Assembly: GCF_006345805.1 (NCBI RefSeq)
Contig: NC_043006.1
Span: 101,866,001 to 101,930,000, forward strand
Source of the DNA: Octopus sinensis
Lineage: Eukaryota
DNA length: 64,000 nucleotides
Direction of reading: 5' to 3'
Under the pieces are notes generated by a model that made no database searches, was not told the origin of the DNA, and was given only the letters and a program-made list of their open reading frames with translations. The translations under genes were made by a program, and so were the position numbers. Shown here in pieces: positions 25,803 to 40,025 of this stretch (position 1 is its first letter; the number at the start of each line of letters is the position of its first letter).

Positions 25803-26044
25803 AAAAAAAGTAAGTTGATGACATGATCAGAAGATCCAATCATCGTTGTTGAGAGCAACTAATCAAAACCCATATTAATCCCTCACCAAAACAAGCAAAA
25901 AGAAATGAATGTCCTCCCAACAAGGGTTTGAACATAATCAACAGCATGTCAGCAACCTTTCAGCAACCAGCTGTTGGTCATCACAACTAGACCTAGTAAA
26001 CATCTTCACTTAGCTTTTATCTTTATATAATGAAGAGGAGTTGT

Positions 26045-26297
26045 ATAGGTTTATTGTTCATGAAGTAAGCTAAGAAATCCTTACATTCTCTTGATTTCCT
26101 GTGAGTCAGACGGCCTCATAGTCACAACAAACCAAATGGAAAAGGCATTGCCTCGGAGGATGTTGAGGGAGATGTGCTGGAACAGCCACTCTGACTCGTG
26201 GGACTCACACTTGCGGATAGCCATCTCCACCCCAGTAGCAGTAAGCAGGGAAATGGTCTGTGGACCGAGAATACCAGAAGTCTTCACTGCTAAGAAC
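26045..26297 (-). mobile_element. 3' fragment of a CRE-clade (restriction-like endonuclease) non-LTR retrotransposon
   Basis: FLAVKTSGILGPQTISLL...ESEWLFQHISLNILRGNAFSI matches the CRE C-terminal pattern AVETxGxxG...FLxQRxSxAIxRGNA. Stop at 26081, followed by AATAAA on the minus strand. Confidence 0.72.
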
Positions 26298-27183
26298 TAA
26301 ACATTATATTATCAAAAGAATTTTCTTTTCCCTTTTCTGTTACTCTATCAGACAGCTGTGTTTGATGTTCATCTTGTAAATAATAAATACTTTGAGAAGA
26401 ATTATTGAAACTTCTACTTCATTTTTATATTTCTACTTCATACAACTGTTCCACACAAATGCATAGATACATACTCACACTCATGCATACATGTATACAT
26501 ACATATATGCATGTGTCCACAATTGCTCATAATGTTAGTTTATAGTATAACGTAGCAATAAAAAATATATTTTAATAAACTATGACATATATAACCTTTT
26601 TTTCCCTTTAACCTATTTCCTGTTTTTCAAATAGCTGCAATTAATTGTTGATTGAAGCAACTGCTGCAGAAACCAGTTGTTTCATTTTTGAGCAACTGTT
26701 TTTGATAAATTGACTCCAACCCCCTCATCCCCCTCCACACACTCACACAAGCTGTTATCGTATACCATAATGGTTAAATACATCATCAACTTAGCAAGAA
26801 TCTAATATCAATAGACTTTTCCTATGACCATATATTTCAAATATATTTTGAGAGAGTTTATAAATACGCAGTGAATGACATTTCTAAAGATACAATACTA
26901 GCCTCTACAAGAGAAGGAAAATAGAAGATGAAATACTTTTACTAACGACTATTAATAAAAATAGTTAATAATTTAAATAAATAAATAAATATATAATATA
27001 TATAAATATGTTGATGGTGTGGATGATGATGATGATGATAGAAGGAAAACAAGGAGGAATTGAATAGAAAGGAGACAAAAGACTTGTAAAGTTCTTACAT
27101 CTATGAGTTCAAGTTCAACATAAAATACACTCACACACACAACTGATTAACACATAAAATAATTATGTTATATATTGACATGC

Positions 27184-27402
27184 TGAATCCATTAGCATTT
27201 AAACCTGCCATATCTGGCCAAAATATTCTATTTTGTGTTCAAACTGACCAGATCCGGCCTCTCACACCTACTCTCCAATGTCATTCTAAAACAAACAATC
27301 GCATCATCCAAATCTCAAAACTATGAGTTATCACTAATTCAAAACAATGTGAATCAATAAGCGTCACCATTCGGCAGAGTAGTCTGAATGCTAAAGGGTT
27401 AA
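27184..27402. mobile_element. piggyBac-type MITE (family E)
   Basis: Full body with right end gctaaagggTTAA; left end decayed. Confidence 0.85.
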
Positions 27403-28199
27403 ATAGCAAAAATGACTCTACCTCTTAAAACCCAAAACCCAGTCTTCAGTGATTTGGATTAGCTATATTGAAGCCCAACCTTCTTCGGACTAATCCACAA
27501 TAAGAGGTTGAGCTTGGTCCTGCTAGCAAGCATAAAACTTGTCAATTACACTGTAGCCCTACTATTTACAGCAGTGTTTTATACATCCACATAGTACCTA
27601 TTTACTGTTAGTTGAATTGAGTCATTGGGAATGAAATGACCGTCACACAAAATGGCAGGATCTGATTGATACAAAAAGAACTAATATCTGGTTGGCAAGC
27701 TAGTGTCATGTGCCACAAATTGAAAGAATGCCTGGCTGGTAGGCTTAACAGCATGTAATACAAAGAGAAACAATGTTTGATTGGTTGGCCAGTTTTATGT
27801 CAACTCAATCAGCTTGAGATTTTGCTTTCCTTATAAGACTGAGATCTCAAATCTGTTCTGGCTTCTGAAGGTCAGAGACTATAACTACTGCTGTTATACT
27901 TGGTTAACCATACTTACTACAGGAATTGGTCTCAGAACTACCAAGTTAATAAACTGCTCTTCAATTTTACAATGCTGCTAGATACTGTTGGGAACTCAGT
28001 GAAACTGTCCTGTCATTTTATGTAATGCTGTGCCCCTGGCAAGTTATGAACCATTAAGTCTCTGATTGGTTATATTCTATCTCACTACTTTTTAACCAAT
28101 TCTATTTGGTTTCCTTTCTAAAACAGTTTAAAATTTATGGTTTAAATCACTCTTAATTCTACCATCTCTGCAACTCCATTTCCAGTTGATGTTGCCATA

Positions 28200-28395
28200 C
28201 TAAGCTAAGTCTTCAACTACTTCCAGGAATTTTGCTTTCCTCATTATCTGTTCTTCATGTTTCTTCATCTTCATAGTTGTGTCGTTGTCTTGATATCCAT
28301 CGGCTGTCATATCTAGTGTACTTGATGTTTCACGTTCATGGTCAGAAAGATAATTACTTGTCAAGGTAATTTCTTCTAATGATCTTTGGATTTTT
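28200..28395 (-). CDS. Possible isolated minus-strand coding exon, product unknown
   Basis: Acceptor-like tgttcagttgtttcag precedes a purine-rich frame KIQRSLEEITLTSNYLSDHERETSSTLDMTADGYQDNDTTMKMKKHEEQIMRKAKFLEVVEDLA*. No homology recognised. Confidence 0.25.
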
Positions 28396-31300
28396 CTGAA
28401 ACAACTGAACACAACATATTGCTGCAGATACATCTAGTTGTACAAATAGTAATAAGATGTGGTTAAACCTTGATGGAATTTGAAAACATTAAAAAAACAG
28501 ACCTTTTCAAGATTTAATGGAGCACAAAAAAAAAAAAAGGAAGAGATGATCAGGATAACATATTGAAAAAGAAACTAAAGGACTTAACTGAAATATTCTT
28601 GATGCTACAAAATCTTATATCTGAAACAGACCAATGATTTGGAAATGAGTTGTGTGGTAGGGTTAAACAAATTCAAACTTGTGTTTAAAAAAATATATTC
28701 TTTTATCATTGATTTCCTTTTTTTTTTATTTGTTTGCTATCTTCTTTTTTGCCTTTTGTTATCTCCAGTCTCTTACCACTAAATTCTATGATTTTTTTTT
28801 TCTTTTCTGGTAGTGGGTGGAGGAAAAATAAAAGTTATGGTTTTGGATCTATTCCAATTAATCACTGTGCTAGAACTAAAATGTTTCTGGTCCTTTTCTT
28901 TCTTTTTAGTGTGTGTGTGTTGTTACTCTATTTAGCTTTTGAAATTGATTTAATATTGATAAAGTATTCATCAAGCATTTGAAGTGTTGGTGGTGATGGT
29001 GTTAGTTTTGGGCACTGGAAATATTATCAGTTGAAAGACTAGTGGTCATGGTGGGTTGATGGGGTGGTGTCATAAGATAAGCTGATTGTTTGTATCATAA
29101 TGTTCTCTTGGTCTGCTAGATCAATTTATATTATTGGTTGTGTAAGGCTATGATTTGCCCTCCTCCTTGGTCAAGAGCACACAGACTTTGTTGAGAGAGA
29201 CTGAAGGGAGGAGAGGGATGAAGGAACAAAACGGGAAAATATTAATAACCATTAAAGATAATTATATTTGTCACTACTTCCCATTTTATACATCTCATAA
29301 TCTGTAAATTGATGTGTATAAAATACTTAAAGGCTGAAACTAAGATATATGTTTGTTGGGGAGGATAAGTTAAGGACACATCTAAAGGAGCTGCTTCCCT
29401 TAACTTCTTTTGAAATGAAGGTTTGAATGTCATATGTATTTTGGGTCAATTTCAGTTTTCGCTTCTGCCCACCACCAGTGAATCAATAAATATCCCCCTT
29501 CCTTGGGGGCTAAGCATCATGGGTCTTCAGACACAACATATTGACTGCATTTTCAGGTTCTTTTTAAATATGGTCAGTGTTGATGGGTTCCATGTTTTCT
29601 TCTTTGACTATTGTCAGGCTTGACTCAATTAGCTGAGTTTTGCTCCTTCACAAGTTAACGTTCTTAGTTATCTTTCTCCTCATCCAGTTCCTTTTTGAGG
29701 CTGCCCACCCCAATTATACCATTGGTATAGTTAATACAGTAGTGTCTTCTCTCAGTGACATGATTTAACAAAACCTAAGGGGTTTTTCTCTCTCTCTCCT
29801 GGTGATCTTACAGAATGTTGGACCCTAAAATCCCCGTGCTCATTTGTTACTTTATTAATGTGATTTTACCAAAAGACTTCTAGATATGGGCCAAAGAGTT
29901 GAATGTGTAGACTGCATAAAATAATTTCATTGCATCCACAGTGAAAACAACAGCATAGTCTGCCTGTTTTTGTATAGATACCATGTATAGAAAGTAAACA
30001 GTGAGATCACTCTGTAATTGACTATGGTTCATTAACTTGCTGTGTTGAATTGAAATCTTAATGTGGATTTAGCTATGACATAAATAGCTTCTGCCTGGTT
30101 AACTCACCCTCAACATGACAGGAAGAAAAATAAAGTGATCAGTCATGCCCCAGTGATCCACTGCTTAATCAGCCAAACAATCTACAGGACATAGAATTAA
30201 GAGTTAAAATGAAATCAATGACGAATGAACAGTTAACCTAAAAGTAGTCAAATATTAGGACAACTGAGTCAGTTCCCTCTTTAAAAGTACACATAGGTTA
30301 TCCTCTTAACATACCTATGTGCAATTATATATTCCCTGAACATACATGTATTCATGCAGGTAAATACATGCATGTCATATGATGTTGAGTAGCTTTTGAG
30401 TCATAAAAGGCATAACAAAGACACTGTTTTTGGGTATTGACAGCTTAATCCTACAAGCTACCCCCATCCTCCACCCCAAGCAGGAGTTAGGAACACACTT
30501 CAATTTTCAACTGGTATAGCTGCTTACAATAATAGGTTGTTCCTGCCCTGTGACCTCTGTTTATAGCTTGGTGGATTGGGTCATACAAATTTGAATCGGT
30601 CACTGTTTCAACACTCCTGAGTAGCAAGATGCAAACCATTGAAGTCTCAGCTCGTTGCCTTTTTACTTTATTGACACAGCCATTCATGTTCTACATTTAT
30701 ATATGCACATTTAATCTTACTTTATACCTTCCCTTCCATTCCTCTCTTCCATATCTCATTGAGCATTTGATTTACAGTGAAACTAGCTGTGTGTAGTGGC
30801 CATTATGTGTATTGCCAGCAGCCATAGAAGGTTTATCACATGGTATTTTAGCTCTTTAATGTCCAGCAGCTTTTGCAGTTTTTCTATTGATTTTTTTTCC
30901 CATATATATTTTCATCCAGAAGAACGAATACATTTTACTTATATTAGAACTTCATAGGAATATCTGATCTTCAAGTCTGCTATTCCATGAAGAAAGTGCC
31001 ACAGTAAACTGCAAATGGTAAATGGACTCCTTATTAAACACCTTTGCAGACTTTAACTTCAACTTTTTCATTAAGCATATTATGTCTTTGGTCTTGTCTT
31101 TCTGTTTATTTTCCATTTATATATATGGCATCTGTAATGAGTCATTCAATATGTAAGTAGTTTTACATTGTCTGCTCTGTAACGACTAGCATGGACTGTG
31201 TTGGTAGCTTTCAGCAGACTCACTGTGTTACAATTCCTATTCATGTGTGTTTCAGTTCTATATGTCAGCCAACCAGCTGCAGTTCTACTATAGATGCCAT

Positions 31301-31659
31301 TCAGCATTATTGTTTGATGATTGTATATTTATGTTTCAAGTAACATCATTCCATGTACTATTTGCTCGTACTTTACTGTATGTGTGCAGTCAGCAACAAT
31401 GAAATACACACACACACACACACACACACTCACACATGCTATTATATGATCACATATGAATATATACATTTCATGGAGAATACATCTATGTGCATATATC
31501 ACACTTTCTGGCTCTGTCTGTCTCTCTGTCTCACACACGCACACACACACACGCACGCACACACGCACACACACTGGTACAAACTGATAATATGACTTAG
31601 AGTAATTTAGCTGCGGTAATGCCAAATTCACCACTAGTATTCATGCATGTGCATATATG

Positions 31660-32010
31660 CAGGTACCGCTTCCCAACTACATGGTTTTGGTTTCAGTTCT
31701 GCTGCATGGAATTTTGGGCAAGTGTCTTCTACTATAGTCTAAAACCGATCAAGTGGAAACTAACAGAAGCCTTGTGTGTGCTTGCTCACATTTGTATTTC
31801 CTTGTCTCACCATTGTTCAACAATTGAAGTGAATGTTACCATCTTTCATGTCCAATCTCCTGTGAAAAGATGAATGGGAATGGGGAATTATTTCTTTATA
31901 TGGAAATATGTGAGGATTAGCAGTGGATTGGTGGGATCCAGCTGTAGAAAACCTCCCTCAACCAATTCCATCTGAACTATGTACGTATGGAAAAGTGGAT
32001 GTTAAAAACA
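31660..32010 (+). mobile_element. SINE family A variant with RTE-type tail, degenerate
   Basis: ttgggcaagtgtcttctactatag, then gatccagctgtagaaaacct and tatggaaaagtggatgttaaaa. Confidence 0.6.
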
Positions 32011-32126
32011 CACACACACAAATGCATATACATGGAAACAAGAAGTGTATTCCCTATTTAAAAACAGCAACACTTTTTCCAAATTCAGGTGCATTTTCAA
32101 ACCCCAAATCAAATTCTCCCTCTCTT

Positions 32127-32163
<37 letters not shown>

Positions 32164-34974
32164 TGCATTAAAATATGTGCAGGTATGTATGAATGCTTAT
32201 GTAACAATGTGTAAGTATATTTTGTGTCTATCAGGTACAGGTATGATATAATTGGCTGTTCCCTTCCTGCAAATTTGTAACCTTGTGCCTAGGAAAGAAA
32301 TCAATATATGTGGGAATGGGTGGATGTTGTATATGTATATGTATGCACATATTCATATGCTGCATACACAGAAGAGGAGAAGGAAGCATGAGTGAAGAAG
32401 AGTTTTCTATAGCTTTCCACTTTGCAATCATTTCTTCTGTAAATGTCTTGTAAAAACAAAGAAATATTCTGAAATGCAATGGCTACAACATATAACAATT
32501 TAGAAATCATAGCATTAAGTTTTTAATATCTGTATTGTGCTAGAGGTGTTATATTATATCTTTAGGTAACACTTACTTTTAATCACACCCCAACAATCCC
32601 TAACCCTTGCTATGGCTGTTTAGCATCCTCCGATAACTGTTTCCTTGGCTTCTCTATTAGATTGACTGATGTCAGATCTCACTGACTCAAACTTAACTAC
32701 TTGACATTTCTTTACACTTCCTGCTATGTTAAATGTTATTCTTCCTCTTGTCTCAATTGACTATTATATGTAATTGTTTCTTTCTTTGAAATGTATGAAA
32801 CTCAAACTCACTCCTTGGCATGTCTCTCTCTCCATTTAACCATTTTTACTTAACTCATCAACTTCATTAATGTTCCATCTTTTCCTCACTCCCTCTCTCT
32901 CTCTGCTTTTATTCTTTTCTTTTCCAAAACCACATCTACTTGGAACTTGCTATATCACTAGACACCACCATTCTCTACTCTTCCTATGCCTCCCCATTCA
33001 TATAAATACACTCACAGTCTCTTACACTTGGCTGGCTCTATGTATATAGGATTCTCTCTCACTGTAGCTCTTTAGTACTCACTCTTTGACTGAGTTCTGC
33101 TCTCTTTCTCACTCTTTTCATTTTAGTGTTTGTCCTCTTTTCTTAGCAGTTTGCACACAGTTTTATTTAACTGCAGCATTCTGAATTTCACTAACAACTT
33201 ATGGGCCTATCCACCCCCTTACCACCACCATCCATCCATCCTTCCCCTGAGCATTTTCAAGTGCAAAATAAACCAGAATTTATCTCATTCTCCTTTTCTG
33301 AATCTTCTTCTTTCAGAAAATTTTTAAGTCACTCATTCTCCTTGCCTGAAGCACTCACAACAGATAAAAATGTACAAAAACAAATACAAACCTTTCTAGC
33401 ACTGTATGTTGTTTTGTTGTTTAGCCCCAGGTCAACCCTCAAGATTGTTGATGCATGCTGTATTAGAAATTTTTTACTGCATATATTTTTTCCTTTTATT
33501 TTTGATTTATCTTTTATTTTTATTTCATCTTGCTACTCTCATGTTTCAACTTTAATGTCTTGTTGTTATTGTATAATTATTTGTCTTTCTAAAATTTCTT
33601 TAATTCATTTTCTAATAAAACAAAAACCAAATGGCTTTAGGGCAGTGTTCATCAACTTGGTGCTGATAATGACATTCCAAAATCATATACCTTAAAATGT
33701 TCCCTTAGATTTCATTTTACCAATATTCCAGAGAGTATAGATGGCTGATCTTGTTTGTAACTACTACATCTAAATTTAGTGTCCTAACATTGTTCAGTTG
33801 GTGATTCTACTTCCAGATCATTCCCCTTAGAATAGTATATGTGATAGATGAGAGTTGGAGTAAAAATATAATACTCTATATTAAAACTTGTTGAAAATTT
33901 AGTACACAAAACGAATTAGAGGAACCCATCCACACAAAAATTGGATGTTTCCACACTGGTCACTTTCTGGAAACTAAATCCTGAAAACTTGTCTGTGACT
34001 ATCTTTGGTTGGCTGAACTACTAGAACTCATACATTCTTTAACTGTTGATAGACTATCAGTAAATCTTCACCAATAGTGAATTAGTTTTGGAGTGAGTGT
34101 ACATTTTCTCTTCAATCAGCACAGTATATTTCTTGTTCACCTTCAGATCATTCAACAGCTTTATCTGCTTCTAATTTCTGTCTTGTAAAACCATGAAGGT
34201 GAGGCGTTGCAGGTAAACAGATGTCCTGCTACAGAGAACTGTCAGTAATTTGCTTTTTTTTTGGTCTGAGATCCTTTATTTTCTTTTGCTGCTTTCTTTC
34301 TTTCTTCACCCTGTTCTACAGAGTCCATCTCCTGCTCATTACTGCAAGACAATAAAGTGGAACTGCTACTTGAAGGCCATCCACTCCCTGACATCCATTC
34401 AAAAACCACTTGGCCACATATTGCTGCAGGCCACCACCTGCCCATATTTTACTGCTGATCTGACATATGAAAAACAAGGGGCAGTTCCCGTGTCTCTAGC
34501 TGTCTTTTATCTTTTTCCCCCCATGTACTGCAACATTTGCCCGTGGCATGTAGCACATGAACCTGTATCTCTCTTCTTATCTCAACTTCTATTGTAAGCT
34601 ATCTGTGACACACTTCCATATGCCCTGCTTTTGTTGGGGAAACACATTCTGCAACACATCAAGCAGGGCCTGCTTCAACTCTTCTTTGGGGGATTTTGAG
34701 GATTCCATCTCACTTCAAGAAAATCAATGGTATATCACCTTTGCAATATTTTCTAGGCAAATTTCTTGAGCAAAGCTGAACTTTTTTTTTTTTTTGCTTA
34801 CCTTACCCATTCCTTCTTTTTCTTGGGCAGTAGAAACCTGGTAGGAAAATTAGAACAAAAAAACCTTTTCCTTCATAAGATAATCTTGTTAAAAATTCAT
34901 TTTTTATAGAAGCTCTGACAGCAGTCTGTGTTTGCATGAACAGTCAATAATAATGATAATTTTTTTGTTTTTGT

Positions 34975-35632
34975 TTTAGTACAAGGCCGGCAATTTTAGG
35001 GAGTGAGGTGTGTCAATTACATTGGCCCCAGTATTTGACTGGTACTTATTTTATTGAACTCAAAAGGAGGAAAGGCAAACTGAATGACCTCAGCAGGGTT
35101 CAGTCACTAAGCATTTTATCTGATCTAGGGGTTCTAATAGCTTGACATCTTTATGATAATAATAATGGTCTCAAATTTTGCCACAAGGGCAGCAATTTTG
35201 GGGGAGTAGATTAGTCAATTACATCGACCCCAGGGTTCAACTGGTACTTATTTTATCGACCTCCAAAAGGATGAAAGGTAAAGTTGACCTTGGCGGAATT
35301 TGAACTCAGAACTTAGTGATGGGCAAAATACCACTTAGCATTTCATCCAGCATGCTAACGATTCTGCCAACTTGCCACCTTAGATGATAAAGGTAATAAT
35401 AATAATAATCATAATTGTCTTGAATTTTGGCACAGTGCCAGCATTTTAAGGAGGAGGGTGTTAGTTAACTACATGTGCTCCTGTATTTGACTGGTGTTTT
35501 ATTTTATTAACCCAAGAAAGTTGCAAAGCAAATTTGACAAAGTAGAATTTAAACTTGCAATATGAAGAGCTAGAAGAAATATTCCAAGAAGAAGGCATTT
35601 TTTTTCTCAGCTGCTCAATTCTGCCAGCTCAC
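34975..35632 (-). mobile_element. Three tandem SINE family B copies separated by (AAT)n
   Basis: Copies at about 34975-35150, 35165-35381 and 35415-35632. Confidence 0.85.
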
Positions 35633-36139
35633 ATAGTAACAACAACAACAACAACAACAATAATAATAATAATAATAATAATAATAATTTAAAATAATAA
35701 AAATACACAAAAGTGCTGTAAAGTAATTGTTTTGTCTTCTGGAGATTTTCTGATATTTTAGTCTTAACGGACATTTTCTCCTACACTTCCGTTTTAATGT
35801 TTGTCTGTTGCTTCCAATATAAAGCAATATTTTAATGGGATTCTATCTTACATAATAGGGTGATATCTCTTCAATTGCAGCCAGTTTATCTGTCAGTAGA
35901 TTATTTTAGCCAAGTCTATAGATTAGAGAAGTAGGCGTGGATGTTGGTTGTGCGAATATGTGTGATCTGTGTGTGTGTATGTGTATGACTATATGGTATG
36001 GGTTTGCTGTTATGTGGATGTGTGAGTATGTTGCATGCATGTGTATGTTTGTGTTGCATTGCTTTTTGCTTGATGTTGTTTTTGTCATTGTTCTTCTTCT
36101 TATCTGTTATTGTATGTTATTCATGTTAGATATGTGTGC

Positions 36140-36156
36140 TTGTGTGTGTATGTGTA

Positions 36157-36210
<54 letters not shown>

Positions 36211-36318
36211 CATATATATATATACAGAGAGAGAGAGAGAGAGGGAGAGAGAGATATATAATATACTCACACACAATACATACATATATATATATACATA
36301 TACATATATATATGTGTG

Positions 36319-36360
<42 letters not shown>

Positions 36361-36380
36361 CATACATATATATATATATA

Positions 36381-36415
<35 letters not shown>

Positions 36416-36474
36416 TAATATACTCACACACAATACATACGTATATATATATACATATACATAATATATATATA

Positions 36475-36521
<47 letters not shown>

Positions 36522-36529
36522 ACATATAC

Positions 36530-36579
<50 letters not shown>

Positions 36580-36585
36580 CATACT

Positions 36586-36619
<34 letters not shown>

Positions 36620-36620
36620 T
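36140..36620. repeat. Compound (AT)n/(AG)n microsatellite with ~165 bp higher-order units
   Basis: atactcacacac marker recurs at about 36263, 36420 and 36581. Confidence 0.92.
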
Positions 36621-37033
36621 CAATTGTACTTTGTGTGATTGATATATCTCTCTTTCTTTATTTCTGTCTACACACACACATGCACACGTGCTGATCAATC
36701 TTTCATGTAAAGATATAGATAGACTCACCTAGATACACATACACACATCAATAATACATATATTTTTGCATATATGATCATATATAGACACACACACACA
36801 CATGCTTGTGTGTTTGTGTTTATAGCACTTGTGTGTATATCTTGAAATCAATTGTGTGTATGTGCATATATGCGTATATCAATCGTCTATGTGTGTATAT
36901 ATGATTATATATGTAAAAATATTTGTATTAATAATGTGGAACTATGTGTGTACGTATTTTGTCTTAGTATATATATATTTATCAATGTATGCATGTTTGT
37001 ATATTTATGTTTGTGTGTATGTATATATGTATG

Positions 37034-37085
<52 letters not shown>

Positions 37086-37649
37086 TATCTACATAAGAGA
37101 TTGATCAGCAAACAACAATTACATCCTTTCCCACAAACCATCGCCCTGCCCCCTGTTTATTCAGTCCTCTCTCGGGCCACAGGTTGAGAGATAACAAATA
37201 TGTCATTCTCTCAGGCTGCCAGTTTATAACTTACAGTTACCAATTTGGTGGAGGTTTTCTATTCTCTTGTTGCTATTCATAGTTTTACCAGCTGTATAGT
37301 GGTGGCCTCATAGCTCAAAAATGTCGTCCTGCCTCTACACACGGTACTGTCTCCTTCACTCCTTCTTTCATTTTCACACATGCATGCACATATTATGTAT
37401 TATTTTTTTAAAGTTGAAAACCCTTCAAAAGTTACTTGTGCTTTATCTAGTCAAGGTTACAGAATAATTTATGAAGAACTTTTAGCTTCGAAATTAATAT
37501 ACAGTTTCCCTAGCATCAAACCGATTTGTAAGATCAGCTAAAATCGATATATAACACTGTACACTTCGGATAATATACCCACTCTATTGACAGATATACG
37601 AGTGCATTTTTTCCTGACTTATGGACTCTTAGACAACTTACACGCTTAC

Positions 37650-37736
<87 letters not shown>

Positions 37737-37754
37737 CTACTGAACATATTATAT

Positions 37755-37950
37755 ACTGTTGTGACTCATGTGTTAACCCAAATGTACTGTGTGTGTATGT
37801 GGGTATATACACCTGATTTTCTCCCCTCCATACACATGCAAGCATGTATCTGACTCGTACACTGTTCACTTTCCAGACATTTGTACATTACTGCATATGC
37901 TTTATACGCACTTTTGACAAGTTGTGTTGCACCTGAGCATTATTATTATA
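37755..37950 (+). mobile_element. Probable LINE 3' UTR fragment ending in (TAT)n
   Basis: Complex GC-richer segment ending gcacttttgacaagttgtgttgcacctgagcattattattat. No ORF support. Confidence 0.35.
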
Positions 37951-38458
37951 TATATGCATGTTTTTATTTATATATATTCTAGTTATTATTTTTAGGCCTA
38001 AGTCAAAACTGGTTGAACGAACCTATGATCAAAAGCATTCCAGCTTTATACAGGGCCTCGTTGTCCTTCCTATTTTAAGATAGTAGAGAATGTGGCTGCT
38101 GTTTCTTATAGATCTAACCACTATGAGGTGCTACCTCATTAACTTGTAACAGATAACTATATGTTGGTATATTTGTATGTTCTAATTTCATTAACCACTC
38201 GTATAAAACATTTCTCTTCTTATATTGGCATTCATAGATCCATGGCTTCATGCAGTATGCAATTCCCATAAATAGCTATCTTAAATCTCAACTTCATACT
38301 GTTTGAATTCTTCTTTGCATATATAAGCTTTCTTTTTTTTTTTTTCATTTGAAGATAGTTAAAATTTATGGGTACATAATGCATTAATCATTTCTCACTT
38401 TAAATTGTTGTTAATTGCAATTAATTAACCATGTATTTTGAAATATATGCACAAAATA

Positions 38459-38830
38459 GGTGCAAGCATGGCTGTGTGGTAAGAAGTCCCATAGTGTGGC
38501 ACCTCAGACAAGTGTCTTCTTCTATAGCCTCGGGCTGATCAAAACCTTGTGAGTGTACTTGACAGATGGAAACTGAAAGAAGCCCATCATATATATATAT
38601 GTGTGTGTGTATCAGTGTGTGTATGTCTGTATTTGTTCCTCACCACCACCTGACAATCAGAGTGTGTTTGTTTACATCCTCGTAACTTAGCAGTTTGGCA
38701 AAAGAGAATGTTAGAATGAGTACTAGGCTCCAAAAAAAAAGTACTGGGTTCGATTCATTTGTCTAAAATTCTTTAAGGTGGTACTCCAGCATGGCCACAG
38801 TCTAATTACTGAAATAAATAAAAGATAAAA
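38459..38830 (+). mobile_element. SINE family A with a short deletion in the head
   Basis: atggctgtgtggtaagaag joins directly to tcccatagtgtggcacc. Complete body and tail. Confidence 0.88.
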
Positions 38831-39134
38831 CAACCAAAGCAAAAAACAAGTCTAAATGACTAAAAGAAACCTTTGGAAAAATTAGAATAAAGTTATAGAA
38901 TTCTTGTTTTAGCAAAGAGTTCAGCCCCTTAATGAAAGTAGATACCATAAATAGAGAATGGGACAGGCTGGTGTTAGAAGGCATCGGGTGTAATGGGGGA
39001 AGAGTAGAGTTAATGAAATCAATTTTATTAATTTTTGAGTGATGAACTGCAATGTTAATTTTGATGTGATTTGAACTCATAACCTAAAACAACAAAGCTA
39101 AAAACTGGAAAGCTTTCAACACATTATTAATGAT

Positions 39135-39585
39135 AGAGATGGTTAGAATGTCAGGCTCACAATCATGAGGTTGTGAGTTCGATTCTCAAACTGAGCTGTG
39201 TGTTGTGTTCTTGAGCAAGACACTTTATTTCACATTGCTCCAATTCACTCATCTGTAGAAATGAGTTGCAATGTCACTGATGCCAAGCTTTACCTTTCTC
39301 TTGGGTAACATCAGTGGCATGGAAAGGAGAGGCTGACATGCATGGGCAGCTACTGATCTTTATATATAAAAGTAAGGTTTTTTTTCCATTTTTAATGCAT
39401 TTTTTTGCTATTTTTTGGCTATAACTCTAAAAATGCTTTATAGTTATTTCCCTTACAAACCCGAGCAACGCCGGGCGATACTGCTAGTCTTCTATAAAAT
39501 AACTTTGCCCAGACTTGTGCCTTGGAGGGAAAAAAACTTTCTAGGTGCAATCCTATGGTCATTCATGACCGAAGCGGGTCTTTAT
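39135..39585 (+). mobile_element. SINE family D interrupted by a Helitron
   Basis: Aligns with 21247-21587 and 51846-52180 once 39357-39487 is removed. Confidence 0.88.
39357..39487 (+). mobile_element. 131 bp non-autonomous Helitron
   Basis: A|TC 5' end, subterminal CCCG..CGGG hairpin, CTAG|T 3' end. Internally deleted version of 45793-46179. Confidence 0.9.
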
Positions 39586-39837
39586 AGTAAGATTACCCAC
39601 CACAGAAATAGAAGTGATGCTCAGATTATCTTCACACTACACAAATCAACACATAAAGTTTAGCATTGTATGTGCATTTGCACTCATGCCTACTTTACAT
39701 ACACATAAAACAATAAACATGGGAAATACTTTATGAGCTAGGGCTGTAAATGCCAGCTACATGGAGAACTTAGCTCAGTGATACAACAGATGTATGTAAT
39801 ACTGTGAATCACACTGAACTTATGATAATATTAATAA

Positions 39838-40025
39838 TACTTTCTACTATAGGCACAAAGTCTGAAATTTGGGGGAGAGGGGGATACTTGATTACATAAA
39901 CCCCAGTGAGTAACTGGTACTTTTTATCAACCCCAAAAGGATAAATGGCAAAGTGGACCTTGGCAGAATTTGAACTCAGAACATAGCGATAGGTGAAATA
40001 CCACTAAGCATTCCGTCCAGCAGGT
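39838..40025 (-). mobile_element. SINE family B
   Basis: ctttctactataggcacaa...ccccaaaagg...ggcagaatttgaactcagaac...accactaagcatt. Confidence 0.85.

Noticed and set aside
29630-29970. Possible old LINE RT remnant on the minus strand (ADYAVVF resembling YADD context)
   Set aside because: Too decayed to call without an alignment.
33201-33695. 164 aa ORF
   Set aside because: T-rich low-complexity composition with no splice signals or domain similarity.
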